Of a stretch of 64,000 bases of DNA, positions 35,587 to 44,656 are shown one piece after another. Location: IMG/VR virus record IMGVR_UViG_3300036766_001014, positions 1-64,000 of that record; one strand, 5' to 3'. The stretch comes from a virus. The position numbers were made by a program, and so were the translations under genes. Under the pieces are notes generated by a model. The model was not told the DNA's origin and did not search any database. It saw only the letters and a program-made list of their open reading frames with translations. Numbering within the stretch: position 1 is the first letter of the stretch; the number at the start of each line of letters is the position of its first letter.

Positions 35587-36441
35587 ATGTCGAAGCGGAT
35601 CAGCAAGTTTGTCATCAAGGGAACCGAAAAGGTCCGCGAGGGCACGTACAAATTCGACGTCGATTTGGGCAAGACCTCGATCAGAGTCATCGTCTACCCA
35701 AACAAAAGAATGCAGGTGCTTGGCAACGATTCTGTGCAGTGGCTTCAGTCGGATCTGACGGATGCCCAGCAACAGAAGCTGCTCGCCTTGGTGGCGAAAG
35801 CGGAGCGCGTGGTGAAAGAAGAATCGTTGGTTGTGGAAGAAAGCCTGCCGGAGGACCCCTGGAGGTACTTCGTCAAGACGCCGGGCGCGCTCCTCGTGCC
35901 GATCTGCATCGGCAATCAAGATCGCCCGCTGTGCCTGCACAATATCCGTGCTCGCCCCAAGGGGATCATGAACGCGGCCAAGTACATGCGCCTCGCGTAC
36001 GAGGGCAAGAACAAGAAGCGAAAACCGATCAGTCTACGCCTAAGCCGCGACGGCGAGTTCTCGATCGTCGATGGCAACAGCACGTTTGCGATCGCTGTCG
36101 CCAACGGCTGGAAGCATATCCCGGCCGAGGTGGATAGTTCCGCGCTCATAGGGCTGGCGAAGGAGAACCGCGAGAGCATGGCCGCGACGCTGGAGCACGC
36201 GGCGTTCAACGCATGCCCAGCCTGCGGCACCAGGCTCACGGAGATGTCCGCCCGTGAACTTAGGCAGAAGCTGCGCAAGGAGGGCTGCATCGAGCTGCGA
36301 CAAAAGGGCAGCCACCTGCAAGTGCAGTGCGGAAAGTGCCAGTCCACGATTCCGATGCACAAGGGTCGCGACATCAAGCGCGGGACACTGGGCGCGATCG
36401 AGCGGTCGTTGGAAGTCTGCCTCGGCGACGACTTCCTCTAA
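35587..36441 (+). CDS. composite protein: unknown domain, ParB/Srx-like domain, C-terminal HicA domain
   Basis: PISL..FSIVDGNST; MSARELRQKLRKEG...RQKGSH...IPMHKGRDIKRGTLGAI. Confidence 0.8.
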   Translation: MSKRISKFVIKGTEKVREGTYKFDVDLGKTSIRVIVYPNKRMQVLGNDSVQWLQSDLTDAQQQKLLALVAKAERVVKEESLVVEESLPEDPWRYFVKTPGALLVPICIGNQDRPLCLHNIRARPKGIMNAAKYMRLAYEGKNKKRKPISLRLSRDGEFSIVDGNSTFAIAVANGWKHIPAEVDSSALIGLAKENRESMAATLEHAAFNACPACGTRLTEMSARELRQKLRKEGCIELRQKGSHLQVQCGKCQSTIPMHKGRDIKRGTLGAIERSLEVCLGDDFL

Positions 36442-36815
36442 CCGGCAGTCGTCTGCCGGTCACCGGTATCGAGCAGGCCCAAGTCCTTGGCCAGACTCTG
36501 AGCATGCCTGGCCGAGGCGATCTGGACGTCGGCGAACATCGTGGTCACTTCGGCGTTGGCGCGAGAGGTCGTTTTGCGAATCAGCTTGCGCTTGGCCTTG
36601 ATCGAGGCGTCGATTTCGACCTTCTGTTGCTTGATGAGTGCGGCGTAGTCGCTCAGCTCGGCGTCCAGCTTGAGCTTCGACGCCTCCAGCTCCACGACGT
36701 CCGCGTCGAGCTTGGACACGGTGCCGATGATTCCTCGGCCCCAGTCGCCGCCTCCGTTGGGCAGGCGCTCGATCCATGCGATGTCAGTGTTCGGGTTCGT
36801 ATTCGTGTTCGACAT
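36438..36815 (-). CDS. coiled-coil hypothetical protein
   Basis: AAGGAG RBS. Confidence 0.7.
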   Translation of the reverse strand: MSNTNTNPNTDIAWIERLPNGGGDWGRGIIGTVSKLDADVVELEASKLKLDAELSDYAALIKQQKVEIDASIKAKRKLIRKTTSRANAEVTTMFADVQIASARHAQSLAKDLGLLDTGDRQTTAG

Positions 36816-36892
36816 TCTGCTTCTCCTTCATGGGCGCTTTCCGCCTTGGGGTTGACCAGCGTACACTGTGCCGACGATAGGCTGATAGGACT

Positions 36893-37207
36893 ATGCGAAC
36901 CGTGCCAGTCGAAAAAACTCAACCCAACGTGCCAGTGCAGGAACTGGAGTCGATGCTGTACGCGATCGCTCGCGGAATAGTCGATCACCCCGACGAGGTC
37001 GTGATCTTCCCGGCGTCCGGCCACGGCTTCGTGCACTTTGAGCTGCGCTGCGACAATAGCGACGTCGGAACGCTGGTTGGCAGGCGCGGGATGCATGCCG
37101 ACGCCATCCGCACGCTCATGATGGCGGCCGGTGCCGTGAGAAAAATGAGAGTGACGTTGCAGATCCTGAGCCGCGACGGGGACGACCACTTTGCCACGGG
37201 TGGCTGA
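36893..37207 (+). CDS. khpA: KH-domain RNA-binding protein, KhpA/UPF0109 family
   Basis: IARGIVDHPDEV...DVGTLVGRRG..ADAIRTL. Confidence 0.85.
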   Translation: MRTVPVEKTQPNVPVQELESMLYAIARGIVDHPDEVVIFPASGHGFVHFELRCDNSDVGTLVGRRGMHADAIRTLMMAAGAVRKMRVTLQILSRDGDDHFATGG

Positions 37208-37926
37208 TGTCCCGAAGACACCACTTCTCGCATGGGCTGCCAGGCATACTGGGCGTCATTCGCTCGAACCCGGAGGTCATCGCCGTGTTCCCTGAACTGA
37301 GCGCAACCATCATTCCACACGCCCAGGAAATTCGGATACGACGAGGAGACTCGGCCGATATCGGCGTGCAGTTCCAGAACGACGCCGACCCTCCGGACGC
37401 CTTCCAGATTCCCGGCGGTAGCGTTTTGCGCTGGGCGGCCAAGATTGGGTTCGGCCAGACCGAGCGCGAGGGCGTGGTCGTCGGCAACGACGGCGCGCTC
37501 CTGGTCAAGCGGAGCTACTCCGCCGACGAGATCGAGATGCCAACCTCCTCCAGGGCCGTGATTCACATTGGTCGAGAGGAGGCGCTTTCCCTGCCGCTGA
37601 CGTTCGCTGTATGGGACCTCGAAGCGACCATGCCCACGACCCCGCTGGCAATCCCGCCGGGGGCCACGGCCATGTTGCTGGCTGGCAGCGACGTGGTAAT
37701 TGCTGGCCCGATCACCAACTGGGAGGCGCTCGGGGCACGTGCCGGGTGCCTGATCACGATTCAGGGTCGGACGGTGCTCGTGTTGGAGCGGCTGAGCCAG
37801 GTGCACCTGCGCGTGGATTTCTCGGGCTGGATCACGGCGGCGGCTGCGATCTTCAGCCTGAGTCGATCGGTGACCAGGACGCTGGCCTCGGGGCCGTTCG
37901 TGGTCGAGGGCGACGTCGTGCTGTGA
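37207..37926 (+). CDS. putative structural protein (BppU-like N-terminus)
   Basis: IRRGDS...WDLE...TLASGPFVVEGDV. Confidence 0.55.
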   Translation: MSRRHHFSHGLPGILGVIRSNPEVIAVFPELSATIIPHAQEIRIRRGDSADIGVQFQNDADPPDAFQIPGGSVLRWAAKIGFGQTEREGVVVGNDGALLVKRSYSADEIEMPTSSRAVIHIGREEALSLPLTFAVWDLEATMPTTPLAIPPGATAMLLAGSDVVIAGPITNWEALGARAGCLITIQGRTVLVLERLSQVHLRVDFSGWITAAAAIFSLSRSVTRTLASGPFVVEGDVVL

Positions 37927-37976
37927 TCTTGTGTAAAAGTTGACAAACTTACGTATCGCCATCACAGTTGATAAGC

Positions 37977-38210
37977 ATGGCAGACCTAACTAAGTGCCGA
38001 GGGTGCGGAAAGCCCCTGTTCGACACAAATGAGCGCAACAACCGAGCCGTGAGTATCCAGTTCGGTACTCTCGAAGGAGACAAGGAATCTCCGCAGTGGA
38101 GCAGCCCAGCCCCCATGAAGAACACATGGGGACGGATGCACGAGCGGTGTTTCCTGTTGGTCATCGGTGACCGCCGTGGTGTCGAGCTGGCGGCCCGTCA
38201 CGCAGGCTAG
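37977..38210 (+). CDS. small Zn-binding protein
   Basis: CRGC...HERC; follows TTGACAAAC at 37940. Confidence 0.6.
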   Translation: MADLTKCRGCGKPLFDTNERNNRAVSIQFGTLEGDKESPQWSSPAPMKNTWGRMHERCFLLVIGDRRGVELAARHAG

Positions 38211-38258
38211 TAACAACGGGTATTGACAAACTCTTGTGACCCACTCATATTGTGGGTC

Positions 38259-38768
38259 ATGGGAACCCGATTTGTAGACGTACCGGCTGACGCGATTCTG
38301 GGCGAGCTGCGAGCAATCGCGAGCGCTGTGCAGGGCAAGCGAGGCTACTCCAGCGAGGGCGTCGCGGGGCGCGAGATAGTGTTCGACATTGGGCCGCCGG
38401 GCGGCGTCGCAGTGGTGCGCGTGTATACGTCGCTCGCGCTCGGCGAGGACGCGGTGCGCGACTGCGGGGAAGACGCCGTGCGGCTGGTGTTGGGCGCGGT
38501 GATGCCCAGCGACACCGGGCTTCGCTTCAAGCCCCTGGGCGAGTCCAGGCGCATCTACCGGACGGCTCCCAAGGGCACGGCCGACGAGCGGGTTGCGGTC
38601 TTCATGAAGCGCCTGCGCGATGCCATCCGCGAGTTCTACGCGATGGCCCTGCGCGTGCCGTCATGCCCGAGCTGTGGGGGCCCGCTGGTCCGGCGCGAGA
38701 GCAGGGACGGGCGGGCCTTTCTGGGGTGCGCCAGGTACCCGGTATGTCGCGGAACGAGGCCCGCGTGA
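38259..38768 (+). CDS. protein with topoisomerase-type C4 Zn ribbon
   Basis: CPSCGGPLVRR...FLGCARYPVC; leaderless after promoter at 38223. Confidence 0.8.
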   Translation: MGTRFVDVPADAILGELRAIASAVQGKRGYSSEGVAGREIVFDIGPPGGVAVVRVYTSLALGEDAVRDCGEDAVRLVLGAVMPSDTGLRFKPLGESRRIYRTAPKGTADERVAVFMKRLRDAIREFYAMALRVPSCPSCGGPLVRRESRDGRAFLGCARYPVCRGTRPA

Positions 38769-38832
38769 GCCGGGTCATCGGGCGCTCAGTCAGCCTCTTG
38801 ACAAACTGCCCTGATGGCATCATATTGATGGC

Positions 38833-39141
38833 GTGGCAAAGGAACACATCAAGATGAAGATCACCGTGAGCTACTCCTCTATCGACCGGTGCTACAAGAC
38901 TCGGTCATTCGCGACCCTCGCGGGCGCGCGCAAGTTCGCGCACCGGTGCGTGGGCGCGCACCCAGAAATGGGCGGCTACTACGCCGTGTCCGGAGACGGC
39001 ATCGGCAAGATCACCGTGAGAGGGGACGCGAGCCTCAAGGACTTGTTCCCGGAGCCCGCTGAGGACGACGGCCCGGCCTTGGGCAGCGACGAATCGAAGT
39101 ACGACGATCGAGGCTGGCCCAAGTCGAACTCCTACCTGTGA
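38833..39141 (+). CDS. hypothetical phage protein
   Basis: Leaderless after promoter at 38798; YAVSGDGIGKI. Confidence 0.7.
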   Translation: MAKEHIKMKITVSYSSIDRCYKTRSFATLAGARKFAHRCVGAHPEMGGYYAVSGDGIGKITVRGDASLKDLFPEPAEDDGPALGSDESKYDDRGWPKSNSYL

Positions 39142-39174
39142 CGATGATGCTCAACCCGAAAGGAATCCAGAGCG

Positions 39175-39366
39175 ATGAAGATCAAGATTGAAATCGGCAC
39201 CGGCAACGAGGCTTTCTCGGACGAGAATCTGTGTCCAGAGGTAGCACGCATCTTGCGCAAGCTCGCGGACAGCATCGAGCGCGACGGCAAGCTGGAGCCC
39301 GGCGATAGCAGTCGGCTCATGGATTTGAACGGCAACGCCGTTGGCTTTTCCAAGGTAACCCGGTAG
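39175..39366 (+). CDS. small conserved phage protein
   Basis: NEAF...EVARILR.LA..I....DLNGN.VG. Confidence 0.75.
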   Translation: MKIKIEIGTGNEAFSDENLCPEVARILRKLADSIERDGKLEPGDSSRLMDLNGNAVGFSKVTR

Positions 39367-39398
39367 CTCGCTGACCCGCCCAGAGAAGGAACAGAGCA

Positions 39399-40013
39399 AT
39401 GATTTACGGAAACAAGTATGACCGCTCCATCGACATCGTCGAGATTGCCAAGCGCGTGCGCGCCGACGTCAAGACCGCAGTGGCCGAGGGCAGGCTGCCT
39501 GCTCCGTTCGCGGTCGGCGTGCGCGTCCAAAAGTATTCGGGCGGCCGAAGCTTGCACGTGACCATCAAGGACATGCCCGGCGACATCTTCAGTTTGGACT
39601 TCATCGCCTGGTATGTCGCCAATCCGCACGAACCCTTCCACGACGCTCCGGCCAGGTACACGCCCGAGGCCAGGGCTGCGCTCGACTGCATCGAGGAGAT
39701 TGTGGGCGCGTACAACCACGACGGTAGCGACATCTCGACCGACTACTTCAACGTCAACTTCTATGAGCACATTTCGTTTGACGAGGCGCTCGAACAATCC
39801 AGTCGAGGGCGCATCCTCGCCCGGATGGCCGAGGCCGCGTCGGCCGGTCCCGAGCCGACGGTCGAGCCCGAAAAGGTGGCCGTGGGCGCCGAGCGCCCTG
39901 GCATGAACTTCACCGTCGGCGACATCGAGATCACCACGACGCTGCGCGATATCTACCCGAGCAACGTCATCCCGTTTCCGGTGGGCGGCCGACGTGGCAT
40001 GGCCCGTCGCTAG
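39399..40013 (+). CDS. LPD29-like (polyvalent-protein-associated) protein
   Basis: EIAKRVRADVK, YSGGRS, YNHDGSDISTDYFNVNFY. Confidence 0.7.
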   Translation: MIYGNKYDRSIDIVEIAKRVRADVKTAVAEGRLPAPFAVGVRVQKYSGGRSLHVTIKDMPGDIFSLDFIAWYVANPHEPFHDAPARYTPEARAALDCIEEIVGAYNHDGSDISTDYFNVNFYEHISFDEALEQSSRGRILARMAEAASAGPEPTVEPEKVAVGAERPGMNFTVGDIEITTTLRDIYPSNVIPFPVGGRRGMARR

Positions 40014-40068
40014 CCTCTTGACTAACGCAAGTCTCCCGCTTAGATTGTGCTCGGAAGGACAAGGCATC

Positions 40069-42105
40069 ATGACCGATTTTCACCACAAGTTGCTCTCTGG
40101 GTTGAATCCCGAGCAACGCGAAGTCGTGCTCCACGACAAGGGGCCGTTATTGGTGGTCGCCGTCGCCGGGGCAGGCAAGACTCACGCCCTGGTCAACCGG
40201 TGCGGCTACCTAGTGCGCGTGCGCGGGGCTGACCCGTCGCGCATCTTGGCGGTCACATTCTCCAAGGCGGGGGCCTCGGAGATGCAAGAGCGACTCGAAT
40301 CGCTAATCGGCTCGTCCGGCGCGCGCATCGGCACGTTCCATTCGCTCGGACTGGAGATCGTCTTCTCTGAGCGGCCCGAGATGAAAAGCTGGAAGATCGA
40401 CGACTCCGACCGTTACCGGCTCTGCCTCAAGGACGCTGTCGGCTACAAGGAGATGGACTGGAAGGACCACGACATCACCATGCTCAGCTCGTTCGTCGGC
40501 CTGTGCAAGGCGAACCTGGCGCGGCCCGAGAGCGACGTGGCCAAGGCCATCGCCGAGGACATCTACAGGCGCGTGCGAAAGCCTTGCGCGCATCCAGGCA
40601 TGAGCCTGCGGGCGTACGCGCGCGCGGAGGAGCTGCGTCGGGAACGGCTGCTGCTGACCTTCGACGACATGCTCGTCGAGTCGGTCGAGCTGCTGCGTGA
40701 TAACGACGCCGTGCGCTCGCGCTGGGCCAGCCGGTACGACTACGTGCTCCAAGACGAGGCGCAAGATCAAAACCTGGCGCAGCTCCTGATGGGCGAGCTG
40801 CTGGCCCAAGACCACAAGAACTACATGCTGGTCGGCGATCCAGCGCAATGCATTTACACCTGGCGCGGGGCCAAGCCGGAAAAGCTGCTGAACTTCGAGT
40901 CCGCCTGGGGCGCCAAGGTGGTGCGGATGGGTCGCAACTATCGCTGCGGACAATCGATCATCGACGTGGCGAACGCCTCACTCGACTCGATGGACCCGAC
41001 CACCAAGCTCGATATCAGGATGATTGCGGAGCGTCGCGAGGCGGGTAGCGATGACGTGGTCGAAGGCGAGGTGACCTGTCGTCAGTACACGACCATCGAC
41101 GACGAGGGCTTCGGGATTGTCGATCAAATCCAAGCGCTGGTCGAAGACGGCCGCAAGCCCAAGGACTTCGTGGTGCTCTATCGCGTGAACGCGCAATCGA
41201 GGTCGCCCGAGGAGGCGCTGATCACGGCGCGCATTCCATACCGTGTCATCGGCGGCGTGAGCTTCTACGAACGTAAGGAGGTCAAGAACCTCCTGGCTTA
41301 CCTGCGACTGGCCAACGGCGGTGGCACTCTCGACGACGTCGGACGCTGCATCAACACGCCCTTCCGATATCTCGGCAAGGCATTCGTGGACAAGGTTCGC
41401 GAGGAGGCCGAGAAGCGCGCCGCGATGACCGGCCCAATCAACTGGTCCGATGTCGTTCGCGTTGTCGCGGATCGCGCAGGCATGCAAAGTCGGCAACGGC
41501 AAAGCGCGCTCGGTTGGGCCGACATCCTCGATCGCATGCACGCGCGGATCGCAAAGGGTGTGACCGCGACGCCTGGAACGCCCGCCTATGAGGAGTCGCT
41601 GCCCGCGGCCATCCTTGAACGAATCGTTCTCGAAACTAGGTACTCCGAGGCGCTGCTCAAAGAGGAGGGCGAGGAGAGCACCGAGAACAGCCGTGTGAGC
41701 AACGTGCGCGAGATGATTCGAGCGGCTGGCCGATTCAACTCGGCCGCCGACCTGCTCGACTACGTGGATGTCACCATCAAGGCCAGCAAGGCCAACTCGA
41801 AGGACAAGGACCCAAACCAAGTCACGCTGTGCACGCTGCACCGCGCCAAGGGCCTGGAGTGGCCCGTCGTGTTCCTGGCTGGCGTCTCGGACCTCATCTT
41901 GCCGCACGGCAAGGCTGAGGAGCCCGAGGAGGAGCGTCGGCTCTACTACGTCGGCGTGACGCGCGCGCGCGACATCCTGCACGTGAGCTGCGTGAGAACC
42001 ATCGCCTTCGGGAGCAAGCTCCGCGAAGTGGCCCCGAGCCCGTTCTTGGCCGAGTCCGGGTTGACCCCGGTTCCGGTGGGCGGAAAGGCCGCGATGGCAA
42101 GCTAG
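40069..42105 (+). CDS. UvrD/PcrA SF1 DNA helicase
   Basis: LNPEQ, AGAGKT, DEAQD, VGDPAQCIY.WRGA, TLHRAKGLEW, EERRLYYVGVTRA. Confidence 0.95.
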   Translation: MTDFHHKLLSGLNPEQREVVLHDKGPLLVVAVAGAGKTHALVNRCGYLVRVRGADPSRILAVTFSKAGASEMQERLESLIGSSGARIGTFHSLGLEIVFSERPEMKSWKIDDSDRYRLCLKDAVGYKEMDWKDHDITMLSSFVGLCKANLARPESDVAKAIAEDIYRRVRKPCAHPGMSLRAYARAEELRRERLLLTFDDMLVESVELLRDNDAVRSRWASRYDYVLQDEAQDQNLAQLLMGELLAQDHKNYMLVGDPAQCIYTWRGAKPEKLLNFESAWGAKVVRMGRNYRCGQSIIDVANASLDSMDPTTKLDIRMIAERREAGSDDVVEGEVTCRQYTTIDDEGFGIVDQIQALVEDGRKPKDFVVLYRVNAQSRSPEEALITARIPYRVIGGVSFYERKEVKNLLAYLRLANGGGTLDDVGRCINTPFRYLGKAFVDKVREEAEKRAAMTGPINWSDVVRVVADRAGMQSRQRQSALGWADILDRMHARIAKGVTATPGTPAYEESLPAAILERIVLETRYSEALLKEEGEESTENSRVSNVREMIRAAGRFNSAADLLDYVDVTIKASKANSKDKDPNQVTLCTLHRAKGLEWPVVFLAGVSDLILPHGKAEEPEEERRLYYVGVTRARDILHVSCVRTIAFGSKLREVAPSPFLAESGLTPVPVGGKAAMAS

Positions 42106-42150
42106 TAAGCGTGGCTTGTCCGCCCCCCCCCTGGACAAGCCGTGCTTCTG

Positions 42151-42228
42151 CCCGCTTCCCCGCCCATGTACGCCTGCCTTTCCTTCCAGTTTCGGTCAAG
42201 GCGTCATGCGGGGGAGCGGGGTCTTTTT
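42151..42228 (+). terminator. long imperfect hairpin with T-tract
   Basis: CCCGCTTCCCCG..CATG.ACGCCT / AGGCGT.CATG.CGGGGGAGCGGG then TCTTTTT. Confidence 0.6.
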
Positions 42229-42281
42229 ACGTTGTCGTCCAGGCCCAGGCGATTAGGCTGCTCGGGCACAAGGAGAAGTCG

Positions 42282-42572
42282 ATGCAGATCAGACCGCTCG
42301 GAGATCGCGTGCTCGTGTCCAGGATCGAAGCTGAGTCGGTGACGACTGGCGGCCTCCTGGTGCCAGACAACGCCAAGGAGAAGAAGGATCGGGCGACTGT
42401 GATCGCCGTCGGCGACGGCCGCGTGATGGACGACGGCGCGGTGATACCGCTCGACGTCAGAGCCGGAGACCTGGTGCTATTCGGCAGGTACTGCGGCACC
42501 GAGGTAGAGGTGGACGGCAAGAAGCTGCTGATGATTGGCGAGGACGACGTGCTCGCGATTATCGAGCCCTGA
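42282..42572 (+). CDS. groES: co-chaperonin GroES
   Basis: IRPLGDRVLV, TTGGLLVPDNAKEK, VIAVGDG, GTEVEVDG. Confidence 0.95.
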   Translation: MQIRPLGDRVLVSRIEAESVTTGGLLVPDNAKEKKDRATVIAVGDGRVMDDGAVIPLDVRAGDLVLFGRYCGTEVEVDGKKLLMIGEDDVLAIIEP

Positions 42573-42639
42573 CCGGACGAAAAGTAGACACGGGCCGAGT
42601 CTGGGCCCTATGCTGACCACCAGCGGAGGGTCTTCCCCC

Positions 42640-43164
42640 ATGTCGGTCTCACCAATCACGACTTTCGGTGTCTTCAAGAGCTTGCTCACGCAGGCCGTGA
42701 ACAACGACAGCACGCTGTCGAGCACGGTCAAGTCTTCGATGCTGGCGAGGCTCAACGAGCTGCCGCGCGAGGTCGGCATCGCGCTCGACTTCTCGACGGT
42801 GGAGAGCGTGGCTGGCTTCGTGTCGGTGAGCCAGATCACGCGCTCGGTCGAGGTCGCCATCGGCGCGTCCGGCTCGAACCGGGCGACCTGGGGACTACTG
42901 AGCTTCGGGGTGCCGCTGACCATCGGCGGCATGAAGACGGCTGCCGGGTTCTTCGCTGGCAACACTGGCGCGAGCGCCAACTCGCCGGTGGCCATCGCCG
43001 ACGTGGCCCTGGAGTACCGTCTGTCAGCGACCGACTCCTGGAAGTCGTTCGACCGCAACACCGTGCTGTATGGCGTGACCGCGATTCAGTTCGCGGCGAC
43101 CATTGCCGATCAGGTGGCGGCAGTCGCGTTGCCGGGGCTGCACCTGGGTGCCGTTCAGGAGTAG
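42640..43164 (+). CDS. putative structural protein
   Basis: GGAGG RBS; S/T/A/G-rich. Confidence 0.6.
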   Translation: MSVSPITTFGVFKSLLTQAVNNDSTLSSTVKSSMLARLNELPREVGIALDFSTVESVAGFVSVSQITRSVEVAIGASGSNRATWGLLSFGVPLTIGGMKTAAGFFAGNTGASANSPVAIADVALEYRLSATDSWKSFDRNTVLYGVTAIQFAATIADQVAAVALPGLHLGAVQE

Positions 43165-43187
43165 ACCGCGAGACATCGGGGACTGAT

Positions 43188-44189
43188 TTGGGGCGCTGGC
43201 TGAGGCGATGGTGGTGGTTGCTGTGGCTGGTCGTATGTGCCAGCTGCATGCGCCGCGAGGCCATGGCTCCACATGCCGACCACGGCGTTGCCGACGCCGA
43301 TCGTGTGGAGCATCCAGCGAAAGCGGGACCCGTGGACGATCGCCTTGACCTGGACAGGGCAGTCGTTGAGAGAGAGATGTCAGGGGCGGAGTCTTCGGCG
43401 ATCGAGGGCACCGGAAACCTCGGCTCCGGCCACGGGCGTATGGGTGGCGGATCCGAGGGCTCCGGTTTCGGCGCAGGCCACGGGCGCCTCGGTGGCTCCG
43501 AGGGTCTCGGCCTCGGTCACCGGCCCACGCCGCCAACCACGGGGCTCGGTGCGCCCGCCGACCACGCCGCTGAAGACCCGGTCGAGAACCCATCGGCCAC
43601 GCCGACGACCGCGGACCCGCTGGCAACGGTTCAGTCTGTCGTGGACAAGTTCGGCTCGGCGAACATTGCGTTCAATCCGCCGAAGTCGATGATCATGGGG
43701 GACAAGAAGCTGGTCGAGCTGCTGCTATCACCGGCGGAAACCCAGGCTGCGCTACGGTCCGGGCTGCCAGCCGAGGACCAGGGCTCGGCCGAAACGGCTG
43801 CGGTCCAGGTTGCTCCACGCATGGAGGCGAGACTTACCGGTCTCGGCTTTGCGGTCGAGAGCCTGTCTCCGCCCGAGCAGGCTGTGGGCAAGTCGCAGCG
43901 CGCGCGTTGGTCGTGGCTCGTGGCGCCGACGGCGGAAGGAATCCAGTTCCTGCACCTGTCGCTGTCCGCTCGGATTAGCGTCGAGGGGCACGATACCCCG
44001 TTCGTGGTCAGGACATTCGACCGGGAAATCGCGGTGAAGGTGACGACGATGCAGCGGCTACAGACGCTGATCTCGGAGCACGGTGGCTGGGCTTGGGGCG
44101 CAATCGGCGTCCCGGTGTTTGGCTATCTATTGGAGCGGTACAGAAAGCGCCGCAAGCAACAAGGAAAGGTAGAGAGTGATCATGGGTAA
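43188..44189 (+). CDS. membrane/lipoprotein with Gly-rich linker and C-terminal TM
   Basis: Hydrophobic N-terminus ending CASC, GFGAGHGRLGG linker, C-terminal anchor with basic tail. Confidence 0.7.
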   Translation: MGRWLRRWWWLLWLVVCASCMRREAMAPHADHGVADADRVEHPAKAGPVDDRLDLDRAVVEREMSGAESSAIEGTGNLGSGHGRMGGGSEGSGFGAGHGRLGGSEGLGLGHRPTPPTTGLGAPADHAAEDPVENPSATPTTADPLATVQSVVDKFGSANIAFNPPKSMIMGDKKLVELLLSPAETQAALRSGLPAEDQGSAETAAVQVAPRMEARLTGLGFAVESLSPPEQAVGKSQRARWSWLVAPTAEGIQFLHLSLSARISVEGHDTPFVVRTFDREIAVKVTTMQRLQTLISEHGGWAWGAIGVPVFGYLLERYRKRRKQQGKVESDHG

Positions 44190-44592
44190 GAGGCTGTTCG
44201 TAGGAAACCTGGCATGGGGAACAACCGATCAAGACTTGGTTGATTTCTTCGGCGCCGGGACGGTGAGCGCGAAGGTCATCATGGACCGCGAGTCCGGTCG
44301 CTCGCGCGGATTCGCCTTCGTCGAGGCGGAGTCTGATGCGGACGCCGAGCGCATCATGCACACGTTCGCCGGAGCCGATCTCCAGGGGCGCGAGCTGCGC
44401 ATCAACGAGGCCGAGGAGCGGACGAGGTCGGATAGTCGGCCACGCTCAAGCGCCGGTGGCGGCGGCGGTTACAGCGGCGGCGGCCATGGCGGCGGCGGGC
44501 GTTATGCGCCTTCAGCAGCTCCGCCAGAGGTGCGACACGGCAAAGGCTCGCGGCGCCGCGGCCGAGGCGATCACGACGGCGACAGTTGGTAG
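44182..44592 (+). CDS. RRM RNA-binding protein with Gly-rich tail
   Basis: RNP2 LFVGNL, RNP1 RGFAFVE. Confidence 0.95.
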   Translation: MGKRLFVGNLAWGTTDQDLVDFFGAGTVSAKVIMDRESGRSRGFAFVEAESDADAERIMHTFAGADLQGRELRINEAEERTRSDSRPRSSAGGGGGYSGGGHGGGGRYAPSAAPPEVRHGKGSRRRGRGDHDGDSW

Positions 44593-44656
44593 GTCGCTTG
44601 CCAAACCGATGCAGTCGTATTACTACAGCATGCGCATCGGAGTTTCGGGAGGCTGA

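Noticed and set aside
42106-42281. CIRCE heat-shock operator before groES
   Set aside because: No TTAGCACTC-N9-GAGTGCTAA match.
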